Assembly (NCBI RefSeq): GCF_006345805.1
Contig: NW_021829832.1
Coordinates: forward strand, 124,001 to 188,000
Origin: Octopus sinensis
Lineage: Eukaryota
Reading direction: 5' to 3'
Length of the DNA stretch: 64,000 nt
Shown: positions 23,302 to 37,062 of the stretch, piece after piece
How positions within the stretch are numbered: position 1 is the first letter of the stretch
How the letters are laid out: each line of letters opens with the position of its first letter
Position numbers and translations under genes: made by a program
The notes under the pieces: model-generated
The model's input: only the letters and a program-made list of their open reading frames with translations
What the model was told of the DNA's origin: nothing
Database searches by the model: none

Positions 23302-24242
23302 AACGCGCGTGCTAATCGTCCAAACATTTTATATTTGAGATAATTTTTGTTTTATGTACTCCCTATGAAGTGTTGAGATAGATTCTGAATAATGTAGGGT
23401 TCTTTCTTTGTTATTTATTTGTGTCGATGTTCAGTTTAGTCTTGAATAATGTTTAATATCTTTTAAGATAGGTTAGACTAAGCTACAAACATTTATTTGG
23501 CTTAATTTACCAATTTTTGTTCAGTTTATTTCCAAAAAGATTTTTTAGACCATTTAGTTTCCTATAACTTTTTAGTTATGCCTGTTTGCTGGATGACAAT
23601 TTTTATTCACGAAACTTGTCATCTTATTATGTAATTATATATTCACATATCAGTGGTTTCTCTTACCCAAAAGCCGAGATTTTATTCCCTGAACTGAATT
23701 TAGAGTTATTTTTTATTTGAACACAATTCTGGATTAAGAAATTTTTAATACAATTTTTAACAACGAGTTATGAGATGGGGCTTTAAAAATTCTAATGTTG
23801 AAAACATAAGACTTGATTGCTATGCTACAAAATGGCTCCATGCAATTAAATAATAAATCAGCATAAAAGTACACATACACTGTGAACTGACAATATTAGA
23901 ATCAGACTTGTACAAATTTTCAATTCTAATGGAGTAGTTTACCTGTAAATGATAATCCAAAATACTTATCAAGTAATTTAATTATGTTGTTTTTCATTAC
24001 TGCAAAGAAATGTTTCTTCACCTTGGATATGTGCAGGGTATGTATTGTAGTTTGCCTTAATTTTTTATTAGACCGAATTTTATTTAATGTAAACCGTTAC
24101 ATGAAAAAGATTCACGATGCATGTCAAACTAGTATGCAGGTATTCCAATAAACTAAAAGTAACCTTATGTTTTGTGACTCTACACTACCCCGGAAAATAA
24201 GAAAACAAAATGAACTCAAAAATTAAAAAAGTAAGAAATTTA

Positions 24243-25514
24243 TTAAGTTTTCGAACCCATTCGGGTAGGGTCCTGAGAAGAATAATGTATCTTCTGTTTC
24301 TTGGGTGGGGGCGGGGGAGGAATAAACCCCGACTCAGGTAACTCCACGCCGAACAACGACTTGTGCAACTCCTTAGGCACTTGTGGAAGAACTAAAACAA
24401 AGCAAACTAAGAATACCATTAGCGAGGCCAGGAACAGGGACATGGAAGTAAGGATTGTCGCCCACATCATTCACTCCCCCTGCCCTCTCAGCCTCCGCCT
24501 TCCCCCATCGCACATTCAGAGACCGTCCCCGAATGACCGTGTTGTTGTATGCCTTGATTGCTGCCAACTCGGCCGCCTCCCGTGTGGCATACTGCACGAA
24601 CGCACACAGACTGGAGAGCACTACTTTGACACTCCGAACTTCCCCAAACTGGTAGAAAAAGTCACTAAAATAATATAAAACACACACAAACAAAATATCC
24701 TGCTCGGTGATCTCACTGTTGATCCCCGACACATACAACGTGGTGATTGACTTGTCGGCAGGACACTCCAGACCCAACAAGGCTGCATTCCTCTTCATCA
24801 GTCGATCGGCCACAGGGTCGGCATTCCCGTAGTACCGATCCTTTATATTCTGGTCATTGAGGGGGTCGTCCGGGTCTGTGGGCTTGTCGTGTCTGTACGG
24901 ACATTCTTTTCCTCTCTTACACTCCCCCTTCACCCAGAACGAGCAGATGTGCGGTCTGTTTCTCCGGTAGTAAGGCACATTGCGGGCCATTTGAGTCAGC
25001 ACAGCATTCTTAATATTCCCTGAGGCCATGTTGCTCAACTGATCCCCCGATGCTGTCTTTTCTATTTCTTGGTCCACGTTTTGAAGACTGTAGTCCTTGT
25101 TGACGGGGTCTTTGGCCACGGTGTCCTCAATCTGGAGGGCAGTGTCCCTCACTTGTATTGGCAGACCTGCAGTAGTGACCACTCTCTACCATATTCCAAG
25201 TCCAATATGCACGTTTGACAGGCGTTTTTGAGTCGACAACAGGCCTGGCATATTTCTGTGTTTTTATAGCGCATTCCGACTCCGGGACACCATCGGAATC
25301 CGGTGTATGGTCGATTACAGATTTTACAGGCCTTTCCGTAGGGGTACCGTATCTAATGGGTGTTTCGAGGGTTATACCATTCGCATGTAAGGATTGTCGC
25401 CCAGACATGTTTCGCAGAGTACGGGAAGTGCCTTAAAATTATTTAAATTTTTAAAAATACAGAATCTTCCCAATTTGCTCGGTTATACGTATTCGTCCCA
25501 AATGATTGAGGCAT
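24243..25514 (-). CDS. RBM22: Pre-mRNA splicing factor RBM22 (Slt11/Cwc2-like)
   Basis: [96 protein letters not shown]. Confidence 0.95.
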
Positions 25515-26479
25515 GTAACAACAATGAACAAGGATATAAAAAATCTATTTAGTTTTAAAATTATATAAAAATGAATTTTTATATAATAATTCTAATTTTA
25601 GTCTGAGTTTATATTTAATCAAGTGATTAACGCAGGTCCAAAAATAAAAAGATGGAGTCACATTCCCAAATGAAGAAATATGAATTTAACCAAAATATTC
25701 TTAATAAACTTTTCATTGATATAAATGTGATATTATGAGATTGAAACTGCACTTGAATTTAAAAATTCAATTTGATGTGGAAAAAAATGGTAGAACTATT
25801 AAAAACTACCGATTAGCTGTAATTTTAATAAAATTGATGAATAAATTCAGATTAGTATAATTACATTTTATTTTCTGGTCGCTATCCAAGTTATAATGTA
25901 AATAATGAAAGAGCAGTCTCTAACCTAAAATACGAGTTTTACGGTCTATCAAAAAGGTAGAATTGATGGAGGAATTTTTAAATTCCTGACATTGCCAAAA
26001 AGATAATGAAAATTATAAAAACAATACGGAACTATCATTAATCGACCAAGACCAGATGCTCCGAGTAAAATAACTCAACGTTCTTATATATAAAAAAAGA
26101 GTTTGTAGATGAATTACTCGAAAAGAATTGACTGACGATTAAAAAATTATTAAAAAATTTGTGTAAATACTTATACAGTGAACAAAAAAACTGAACATGC
26201 TTTTCTTATAAATTTACAATGGAACAATATAAAAATATGTCTCAATTGTATTTTTAACATGGAATAAAGTTTTATGCACTTTTTCATGAAATCGAAAATT
26301 CAAAACCAAAAAAACTGAATAAATTTACTTAAATATATCAAAGAAAAGTTTTATTTTTAAATACGTTCAAGTTTAATCATTTTTAATCTCGCTACATGTT
26401 TAGTCGTGAAAGTTGTAAAACGCGAAAAAGACATATTCGTAACAGACAGAGGTACGTCACCACCTCAACCTCAACCGTT

Positions 26480-26815
26480 TCTTCGATCGAAATCCTGAAA
26501 TCACGATGGAGGCTATTTGGCCATATTCTGCGGATGGACGTCGCCACTCCTGCTAACATTGCTATGGAAACATATTTCATGCAATGCGGAGACGCATTCC
26601 GAGGAAGACCAAGGACAACACTTCCATCGGTGTTAAATCAGGATCTCAAACTATCGGGAGAAAACTCGAAACTGCTGATGATCTCGACAACCTGAGAGAA
26701 TTGGCAAGAGGAGAGGCACCTGGAGAAGGTTGTGTGGACAGTATTGTTGTTCACGCGGCACAAGGGAAGCTTAACTAGTTTTATGTCTTCTCGGGAGTGC
26801 TTTTAATAATAATAA
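26480..26815 (+). pseudogene. 3' fragment of an RTE-like retroelement
   Basis: SRWRLFGHILRM..PANIAM..RGRPRTTLP followed by a short (TAA)n tail. Confidence 0.7.
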
Positions 26816-27433
26816 CATGTTTAGTCATACAACATCTAAAGAAAAAGACACAATAATTGTCATGCTTAAATCTGAAAAACATAGAGAGAAAGACAAGATA
26901 TCACCCAAAGATTGTTTGGCGCGATATCGAAAATTATCAGAAGCTACTTGAACAACTGCTCGACGGACAGAAAAGCCGGATCGGGTCGACCATCGTTGAT
27001 TAATCGTCAAAAATATTTCAAATGAGGCTCGAAAAGTGGATGTCCATTTCAACTGTGTTAAATATGCCAAAACTTTTACAGAAAAAACAGGAAAATCAGT
27101 AACAGCTCAAACAATAAGGAATACAGTGAAAAATTGGTCTGAATGCTTATCCGCCTACGAAAAGCCACTTTAAAAAAAACATAAACTCCGACGATTGACC
27201 TATGCCAAACATGAAATATCCTCCCAGAATATTTTTGGGAGCGAGTCATTTTCAGTGATGAAAGTAAATATAACATGTACAATCGTGATGGAAGAACTTT
27301 TGTACTGAGAAATCGCAAGGCAAAATATTTAACAAACAATGTGAATAAAACAGTAAAATTCGGTAAAGGAAATATCATGGTATGGGGTGCCATAAGTATA
27401 AATGGATTCAGTAATTTGGTTTGATAATAAGAA

Positions 27434-29594
27434 CAGACGTCACCAAACTACGGCCGCGGGCCGGATCCGGCCCGCGACAACATTTTATCCGGCCCGCGCA
27501 CTATTTCGAGATATTCAATTAATACCTTAATAATTAACTTAAATAAAAACTTTAATTAAAAAATTAAACTATTTTTCAAGATTTAATCGAAAAAAACTTA
27601 TCAGCATTAACGTTAAATTTTTCTTTGTTGCTAGTTAATATGAAAAGAAAGGTTGACCGCGAATGCCGTGTATTCAATAAATTATGGGAATTGAAGTATT
27701 TTTTGCGAAAGATGAATTAAAGCAGAAAGCTTATTGTTTAATATGCCACGAACATCTCTCTGTATGAGGAGTATAACATTCGACGTCATTATGAAACGAA
27801 TCATGCTCCGATATATTCCAAGTACACTGGAAAGCTACGTGAGGATAAAGTTGAATCACTGAAACGCACTTTACAAATTCAACAAGGCCTTATAAAAAAA
27901 AATTTTGAAAATAATGAAAATGTAACAAGAGCTGGATACGAGATAACGAAAATTATTTCACAACACGAAGGAAACCCTTTAGTGATGGGATGTATATCAA
28001 AAATTGCATTATTGAAGCAGTTAATTGTTTGTGCCCACTAAATTCTTCCTTATTTGATGGAATAAGTTTGTCGGCGAGTTCTGTATCACGGAGAACTGAA
28101 GAGTTTGGAAAAAATATATATTTACAAATTTGTGAAAAGACAAGTAATATTGTGTGGTATTCTTGCATTGGATGAGTCAGTTGACATTTCGGGAACATCG
28201 CAACTTCTTATTTTTATTCGTGGAGTTGATGAGAATATTTCCATAACTGAAGAACTGGCATCTGTTTGTTCTATTCATGGAACAACCACTGGAAAAGATA
28301 TTTTTGATGAATTGGAACAAACTATAAGTGACTATAACCTTGAATGGGAGAAACTGAGTGTGTTACGATTGACGGGGCAAAGAATATGGCTGGTTCTAAA
28401 AAGGGTCTAGTTGGGCAAATAACTAATAAATTGGAGGAATTACATATTTCAAACACTTTGTTCATTCATTGCATCCTTCATCAGCACGCACTATGTGCGA
28501 AGGCTCTAATATTTCATGTGTGTTGAATCCAGTTATTCGCATAATAAACTTTGTTCGAGGGAGCTCACTTAATCACCGTCAGTTTAAAGTTTTACTTGAC
28601 GATTTTGGATCTGAATATTTGACTTACCATATTACACTGCAGTTAGATGGCTTAGCTGTGGTAATGTATTAAATAGATTTTATAAACTCCGAAGTGAGAT
28701 TGATATTTTTCTAACCAGTTAAAATAACTATTATCCCGAATTATCAGATCTTGCTTGGCTATCAAAATTATCATTTTTGGTTGATGTTACAACTCACGTG
28801 AATGAGCTAAATCTGAAATTACAAGGAAAGGAAAACTTAATTTGTGATTTCTACAGGATAATTAAAGCATTTCGACAAAAATTGATGTTATTCGAGTCAC
28901 AACTTGGAGTACGTCAGTTTTCACACTTTTCTTGTTTTAAAAGTTTTTGTGAGGCAAACTGTAATGAGATCGACATTACTTCCAAATTGGAATTATCAAA
29001 GAATTAAAACATCATTTTTTACATAAGTTTTCTGAACTTGACAAAATTGAAAGCGATATAATTTTGTTCGAAAATCCATTTTCTTGTAATGTTGAAAATG
29101 TTCAACATGAATTACAATTAGAAGTTATTGACTTACAATCAAATGAACAGCTCAAAGATTGTCACAGACGGACCAAACTCGCTGAGTTCTACGAATATCT
29201 CAGGGATGATGAGTTTCCGAGACTAAAGAATTTTGCGATAAAGATGATTTCTATATTTGGCACAACTTACCAATGTGAGCAAACGTTTTCGAGGATGAAA
29301 TATGTTAAGTCTGCCCATCGTGCAAGATTGACTGACGGACACTTAAAATCAATTCTCATGATAGGATGCAGCAATTTAAAACCAAATATTGATGAACTTA
29401 TCAAAAAAAGATCACAGTTCCATAGCTCTCATTAAAATTTTTGTTTACTTTATTTTTGTTTAAATTAGTTTTTATTGTAAAAAACACACTTATGAATTTC
29501 TAGTAAAATTATAATCCTATGCACGTGCTCCGGCCCGCGTTCATTGTGTTGGGGTCAATCCGGCCCGCGAGTGCAAAAAGTTTGGTGACCCCTG
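27434..29594 (+). mobile_element. hAT transposon (GTF2IRD2/SPIN-like transposase), frameshifted
   Basis: Imperfect TIRs CAGACGTCACCAAACT / AGTTTGGTGACCCCTG, subterminal GGCCCGC repeats, BED finger CLIC..RRHYETNH, ALDESVD, HCILH, VRWLS, FGTTYQCEQTFSRMK; degraded 8-bp TSD (AATAAGAA/ATATAGAA). Confidence 0.88.
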
Positions 29595-30126
29595 ATATAG
29601 AAGATGGATGGAGCTTTGTTAACATACTAATGAATAATCTTATCTCGCTTCTGAACAAAATAGAAATCAAAGATTCTATTTACTAACAAGACAATAATCC
29701 GAAACATACTTCGGCAATAGCAAGGGGCTTTTATAAAGTAAATAATATCGAATTGCTAGTATGGCCTGCACAAACCCCAGATTTAAACCCCATAGCGAAT
29801 GTTTAGGCCTTCATTAAAGAAAAAATCAAAGGAAGATAATTTTTGAAAAAGAAACATTTATTTGCAGAAATATCATTCATTTGGAATAAACTTAAAATAG
29901 TCTTATTAATAGCATGCCGGGCCGAATATAGATGTAAGCTCCGCTGCTACTCAAAACACAGATGATCCTTAAGACTATCTTTTTAGATGCTTATTTTGTG
30001 TCTTCTCTGATTGATTAGCTGATTTATAATAACCAGTAGTAAAAGGCTGACCATCTTCTTAGTCATAATTTTAAAATTAAAAGCACAATTAAACTCAATA
30101 AAATGATTAGTAAAATGCAGGGCGGA

Positions 30127-31010
30127 CTACTGGGCCTTTCCCTGAGCCGCCACCGCTCGCTGTGCCTCCCTCACAGTCTCCTCATCAGCCAAATATTCAC
30201 TCCCCACATAATTAAAACCCTCATCAAACATAACAACCAAAGGAATCCCTACAAGCAATGAAATAATGAATGACCAGTCGGAATATTCAACTCCACAATA
30301 TCACTGTCCGAAATATTCTGAATTGTCTTCACCAATGCTCGAATACTATTCCCATGTGCAGAAATAAGCACTCTTTTTCCACTCTAACCAATCAAACTAA
30401 ACTAAACTTTTATTTCCGGCACCACAACTTCATTCCAAAATGGAATAACCCTCGCGACTGTACATTTTAGACTCTCACACATTGGGAGAAGGTCTTTAGA
30501 GACATTCTACCAATTCAGGAACTCTCACTGCCTTATATATCTCTGAATGGCCTGCCCAACGATCGTCGTCGGGGGTCAGACTGGGCGGGGTTATGTCGTA
30601 CGACCGGCGCCATATCTTTACTTGGTCTTCCCCGTATTGGAGGGCCACCTGTGCCTTGTTCTTGCCTGGAATACCCCGACTGGTCACCTTGCAGTGCTCC
30701 GTAGTGCCGTTCGTTGAGACGGTAGTCGCGGATGACGTCCACCCAGAGGAGGTCCATTTTGTTTTGGATTATGTGCAGGGTTTTTATTGCTCGTTTTAAC
30801 ACACTTGTGTAGGCAATGTCGAATTTATAATTGTTGTCTAATAATGTCTACTTTTTGAGTTTGGAGGGGAACTTTTCCGGCGGTTTCGGCCTCTTTGATC
30901 CCCTTTTCGGAAAGGTCTACGTCTGTCCAGCCTGTGAATCTGTTTTCTTTGTTCCAAATGCTCTCTCCGTGCCTTATAAAGACTACAGTGTATTTGGACT
31001 TATTTTCCAT
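30127..31010 (-). CDS. PGAM: Cofactor-dependent phosphoglycerate mutase
   Basis: [71 protein letters not shown]. Confidence 0.95.
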
Positions 31011-31260
31011 ACAAACAATGACGTATGTTTTATTTATTATTTATGTACAAAATAATTTATTCATAATTTAAAATAAATTATACCAATCGTCGTCTAGTTT
31101 TTTTTCAATTTCGGAAAATTGCAGTCTTAAAAAAGGATAGCTAACGTAGAAACTATTTATACAAATGTAACCTTAATTGGATAACAATTGTACTAAAATA
31201 ATATTTAATTAAAACATGCTTTGTTATATAAATTAATTGTTATCGTAATAAATTCATACA

Positions 31261-32855
31261 ATGGTTAAGATTGGAGTTATAGGAGGTGGCATTTCGGGCC
31301 TCACTTCTGCCTATTATATACAGAGAGCTCTACCCCACGCCCACGTATTAAAAACTAAAATAAATCCAAGATCAAACTCTTTGAGGCAAAAAATAACGTG
31401 GGTGGATGGATTAAGAGCTACAAAAATAATGTCATATTTGAGTATGGTCCTCGGTCTATCCGAGCCACCAACAAGCGGATTCCCGACGTTCTGTCAATTG
31501 TAGAGACCATTGGTCTGTCCAGTGAATTAATCCACTATTCAACCACCAGTCCCTCAAGTCAGAAGAGATACATTTGTGTTGGGGATAAACTGCATTTAGT
31601 CTCCTTTGATATTCGTTCTTTCCTCAAGAAAAATCGTCCTTTTTCTCATTCTTTTCTTAAAAAAATCTTTCCGTGATTTTTTCCATTTTTCCGAGGAGAA
31701 AGATGTTTCCGTCGATCAGTTTTTCCGACGGAGGTTTGGAGATGAGGTCACTTTCTTATGTCATTCCCAGATTGCGGACTATCTCATAAGTCCTCTTTCT
31801 CGGGGCATATTTGGGGCTTCCAGCACTAAAATGAGCATAAAGAGTTCGTTTCCTGACATTTACAGAACTGCCTTTCAGTCGGGCGGAGGTTCCGTCATTC
31901 GGGGACTTTTATATAATTCACTATTCCCCAAACAGGGGGAATGTGTGGTGGAGAGTGAACTGTCCAGAAGGTGTGTTGAGGAGAAGTGGGGGGCCATTTC
32001 TTTCAAAGAGGGACTCGGGCAATTCCCGACTGCTTTGATGGAGTATTTGGCCAGTAAATGTGCTGTTGAATTCTGTCTTAATCGTCCTGTCAAATCTGTT
32101 GGTTTTACTCGAGAAAATGTCACATTTGGATTAAGTGAAGGCAGCACAGAAACATTTGACCACGTGATATGTTCAGTCCCTTGTTTTGGTCATTCTCTGT
32201 GCTTATATTCATCCAGATTTGCCCAAACTCTTGATTCCAGTATTTATGGAGAGTTTGTGAGTTTGTTGAATTCTTTGGAGGCCGTCGACCTTGCTTCTGT
32301 GGATGTTGTCCTCCGTGGAGTTAAGATTCCCTATCAAGTTGATTCGTGTTCTGAAATGGTAGGGATTTGGGTATTTGGTCCCCGAGTGTGAGTCACCTGA
32401 TCTCTATGGAGTTATATTTGACTCGCTGATATTTCCTTCGAGGCATTCAGAACACGAGAAAGCAGGGACAGAACAACTTTCTGTACTTCATTAGTTTAAA
32501 TCCAGTTTTTGTTTGGAGGAAACATTTTGTCGATGGATGACCGCGAAATTGTCAGAAAACTAAAGGATTTGACTGTGTTTTATTTGGAGAGACACCTGGG
32601 GATCAAAAGTGAGCCGGTCGTCATGACTGTCGATGTCAAGCGGGTTTATAAGGTGTGTGTTATTGGCAGAAATGTATTCCTTTGTACTCGATGGGTCATT
32701 CTGTCATTGTTGACAAAATAATGTCGTATGTCGGGAGAAATGGATGGCCACTTTCGCTGGTCGGTGCATCCTTCAATCACGTTGACGTGCCCGGAATTGT
32801 TTTTGATACTAAAAAAACTATTAGTCGTTTGGTTGATGAAAAATATTCAAAATGA
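31261..32855 (+). CDS. PPOX: Protoporphyrinogen oxidase (HemY/PPOX type)
   Basis: GxGxxG FAD motif VIGGGISGLTSAY, VGGWIKS..FEYGPRSIR, FFRRRFG, LSRGIFGA, CIPLYSMGH; one unexplained single-base frameshift near 31665. Confidence 0.92.
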
Positions 32856-33432
32856 ATTTCAAAACCATTTTCAATATTGTGTGAATTAACTTTTTATTTA
32901 ACAAAATACACCTTTCAATTATTTAAGTTCATTATTCAAAACAATGCGAATTATGCTTCTTCATTTCTAGTAGAATTTAGTTATTAAATTTTCGGATTTT
33001 TAATTTTATTTTATCTTACTTTTCATAAGATTATTATTTCACATAAGTAGTGGTTTAATCTGCATAGGAAATCGGTTACATTTTACCTTGAAAAATCATA
33101 TTATATTAATCCGTGATTAATTTTCAAGGAATAATCTATTTTAACAAAAAATATTAAAATCAATTATTTTGTTGTTCCCGGCATGGGTACCGTTCATACT
33201 TCTCCTTTGGTATATTTTATCTATTAAATAAAATTACCTCTCCCTCGGCTTGCATTACCTATACTCGATTATTAGATAAAATTTCATATTCCTTTTTAGC
33301 TCGAATATCTATAATTTTTTAGGTATAGTTTATCTCCAACGATAAATTTGTATTTATTATTGTGGAAATCCTTCATCGACCAAATTTAAATTAAATTTGA
33401 ATTTTTTTGTAAAATGATATTTTGGTCTACAA

Positions 33433-34035
33433 CAGGGGCGTCAAACTCATTTCGCTTCGAAGTCCGCATTTATAATAATTTTTCATTAAGGGAAGATTAA
33501 TTCTAATATTTATTATAATGAATAACCAAAATAAGAGAAACTAAATTTTTCAATCATCGCCCTTTAATTTTGGTGAGAGCTGCTTCCAGAGGATTGACAT
33601 CTTTTTTTAGATACAATTTTTGATGTCAGGCTGAGCTATTCGTGTAATTCCGACTTTTATTAAAGATGATAAATGTTCATCAGTTGGTCTTGTTCTTTGA
33701 GCATTTTTTGTCAATTTCATAAATTAAAAAAGCTGTTCATACACATATGTCGAATCAAACATAACAATGATTTTTGTCGCAAACTTTTTAAAGTTTTTAA
33801 ACTTTCCAAGAAGTTCTAAAAAGGGTCTAGTTGGGTAAATAACTAATAAATTGGAGGAATTACATATTTCTAACACTTTGTTCATTCATTGCATTCTTCA
33901 TTAACACGCACTGTGTGGGAAGGCCCTTAATATTTCATGTGTGTTGAATCCAGTTATCGGCATTATAAACTTTGTTCGAGGGAGCTCACTTAATCACCGT
34001 CAGTTTGAAGTTTTACTAGACGATTTTGGATTTGA
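33433..34035. mobile_element. hAT remnants: minus-strand 3' end plus a plus-strand copy of part of the 27434-29594 element
   Basis: CAGGGGCGTCAAACT terminus at 33433; minus-strand STYVYEQLF..RTRPTDEHL; 33815-34035 nearly identical to about 28395-28660. Confidence 0.7.
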
Positions 34036-34118
34036 ATATTTTGACATACCATATTACATTGCAGTTACATGCCTTAGCTGTGGTAATGTATTACAGGGTA
34101 TTTCATTAATATATCCTC

Positions 34119-34222
34119 TAATTTCATAAATATATCCTCTGATTTCATAAATAAATCCTCTTATTCCATAAATATATTTCCTAATTCCATAAATATATCC
34201 TCTTATTTAATAAATATATCGT
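34119..34222. repeat. Degenerate ~21-bp tandem repeat, about 5 copies
   Basis: Units resembling ATTTCATAAATATATCCTCT. Confidence 0.7.
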
Positions 34223-34239
34223 TTTATTGTGCACATAAA

Positions 34240-35488
34240 ACTATTATGAATAGAAAATCTAGAATTTCAATGACACAAGAAAAATTTGAGACAATAAATA
34301 GATTTTATCTAAAGAAAACTACAAAAGAACTATTCAATATAACTTTACTACATAAATAAAACATCTAAAAAAATTAAAAATTGTCAAGACAAAGTTTCAT
34401 ATGTGAAATTGTTTCAGAAGTTTGGACGCAAAAAGGCAAACAAATTAAGCTTTTTTTCTGAAATTCGGAATATACACCAACTAAGTCATTTGTACAATGT
34501 GGTGAAAATTCGTTTGGTTTTAACCTGCACAAGGAAAGGGTCAGCCTGTTCTATGCTGCAGTTATCTTGGAGAGAAACTGGAGCCTTTAATTATCGGAAA
34601 ATATCGAAACCCTCGGTGCTTAAAATAATTCAATCCTGATGTTTTTAACGTCATGTACTCTTCTTCTAAAAATTCGTGGATGACAACTGAAAATTTTTAA
34701 AAGCTGGGTTTTTAAATTAAATACCATAATGCTTTCTAAAAATTGAAAAATATTAATGTTGTTGGATAATGCTAGTTCTTATAGACTATCCGATTATTCA
34801 AACATTGAATTTGTATATTTACCTAAAAACACTACATCGTTAGTTCAGCCATTGGATATGGGCATAATTAAAGCACTGAAGACAAATTACAGTAATTTAC
34901 TTATAGAATTCGTATGCATTTGTGAAAATAGAAGCAATTTTTTGGAAGCGATCAAAAGTCTCAATTTACGGAATTTTAAGCAACTAATTTATGAAGCCTG
35001 GGCCAATGTAACTTCAAATCAAATTCAAAATTGTTGGAAAAAAATTTTTGAGTGTAGATGGGGGGAAACAATAAATATCAATTCGAAGATTCATACGGAC
35101 GTGACAGAAATGGTGAACGAAGTCTTTGTCGAAGAATTGCTTGAAAGCGAAATAAATTTTTATAATGGGCCTGAATCAACAGACATCATAGATCCACTGA
35201 CTCTTATCAATAATATGGAGGAAAATATATGCAAACTTTCTCCAGAATTATTAAATGATTTCTACGCCCTAAGAAAAAAAATAATGATTAATTTACGGGA
35301 TAAAAATCGTTTTGGAGAAAAGATTACGCATTATTTCAAAAAAGTATAACTTATGAACTGTTTCTATCTGTTTCTTGTGAACTATTTTTTACTTAAAGTA
35401 CTGTTAATTAGGATTATTAGCGAACCTCGGTTTATGATACAACCTCGGTTTATGAGCCACCAAGTGGCTCAAACCGAGGTCCGACTGT
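34240..35488 (+). mobile_element. Second pogo/Tigger family, degenerate
   Basis: KERVSLF..GEKLEPLIIGK, MLLDNASS, YLPKNTTSLVQPLDMGIIK; TIR-like end ..GAGGTCCGACTG|TA. Confidence 0.75.
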
Positions 35489-35489
35489 A

Positions 35490-35710
35490 TAACCAAATTA
35501 GTTTCGCCTTTGCAAGGCCATTGCTTAATAAGTCGGCAATTGAAGTATGCCACAATTTGGAGAATCTTTTCTACGTACATGGGCCATGTAAAATTCTACA
35601 GTCGTACAACGGGACAGAATTTAAAAATGCAGAAATTCAAAGTTTATGTCAAAGGTTCAGAATACTTCAAATTCATGGAAGACCAAACAATCCTAGATCT
35701 CAGATTATTC
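35490..35710 (+). pseudogene. Retroviral-type integrase (Ginger/KRBA2-like rve) fragment
   Basis: HGPCKILQSYNGTEFKN..IHGRPNNPRSQ. Confidence 0.7.
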
Positions 35711-36899
35711 TACCAATTAATTTTAGGGTATAGTGGAACGTTTTGGTGGCCAAGTGCCCGCATCTTGGTGGCCAAGTAAAAAAAGAACGCAAAAACAATC
35801 TAAGTCCCTTGGGCAAGGACTAACTTGGAAAACCTAACGGTGTAGTCCCGCTTCAAACGATAACAAGATCAATCCCCAAATGATTATCTTTGTTTTTCTC
35901 TTAATAAAGTTTTCTTCATTGTAGCTTTATTATCATGGTTACCATAGCAACACGCAAAAGCTTCAGGTCACCCATAGACTTCAAATGTTCCATGTGACAT
36001 AATATGAATTCACCGTATTTTAAAAGAATGAATAAAAAGATAGGAGTGCACAGATCGAAGTATGATTTTGAAAAAGGGAATGACGTATAATTAATTAGTA
36101 GCATTAAAAAAAAAACATTATAGGTTCGAATATTAAAAGATTATGAAACAAATCCATCATTAAAACTAAGCAGATTTGAATCCCCATATGAAGAAAAGGG
36201 AACAGTGAAAGAAGTAATGTCAAATAACAGACTACTAGTGAGTTACCATTCCTAACATTTAGATCGAATTCCAAAATGAAACTAGGATCGTTACTATGAA
36301 CAGAGTTAAAAAATGTTAATTTTATCAAGTGTGTTAACATGTCATTAGTTTTTTTTAATTGATACAAAAATACATCAATTAAAATACATCACATGTCAAC
36401 TGATGGTCGCAATTAATGTCAAAAATACATCATTAATGTCAATTCTCGTTACCGTTCCCCTGCCCGTGAGGCAACGAGTACTTCTGGCACGACACAGTTG
36501 AAAATGGGGATCTCTTACCTTCCGGTCTTAGCGTGGCGTTATGGGATCCACCATGTCAATCGGATATGGCAACGCTCAGGAGGCATTGCGGCCCCTGAGT
36601 AAAGAAGCTTGAGAATCACTGATATAAACAAATGTCGTTAAAAAAAATATGACTCTCATAAAAAATTTTTAAATAATAAAAATTCACGAAGATTAACTGA
36701 AATAGAAAGGGAACTTTATTGTAATTCAGAAAATGAGAATGATATTTCGCTCATTACTGCAATAAGAAATTACAAAGCAAAGTTAAAAAATGCCAATAAA
36801 AAGGAATTAGAGAGTGAATCTTTTCTGATAAAATTTAAAGGTGTTTACTTCATTTTCTTAAATATTGATTTTTTCAAATTGGCCATGAAACTTGTATCT

Positions 36900-37062
36900 A
36901 AAAAAAGGAGATTAAAGGAACAAAATCGAAAAATATCACAAAAATTATAAATAAGAAATAAGTAAAAAAGGAGATTAATAGAAAAAAATCGAAAAATATC
37001 ACAACAGTATAAATAAGTAAAAAAGGAGATTAAAGGAATAAAATCGAAAAATATCACAAAAA
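36900..37062. repeat. ~60-bp tandem repeat, about 3 copies
   Basis: Repeated AAAAAAGGAGATTAA..AAAATCGAAAAATATCACAA..AAATAAG. Confidence 0.75.

Larger units (their letters stand above)
26176..29830 (+). mobile_element. Degenerate Tc1 (DD34E) transposon carrying nested insertions
   Basis: TA|CAGTGAACAAAAAAACTGAAC candidate 5' TIR at 26176; VIFSDESK, GNIMVWGAIS before the hAT insertion and QDNNPKHTS, WPAQTPDLNPI after it; 3' TIR not seen. Confidence 0.75.

Noticed and set aside
35780-36600. Short ORFs and a GC-richer patch near 36480-36600
   Set aside because: No recognisable motifs; probably decayed transposon sequence that cannot be assigned by eye.
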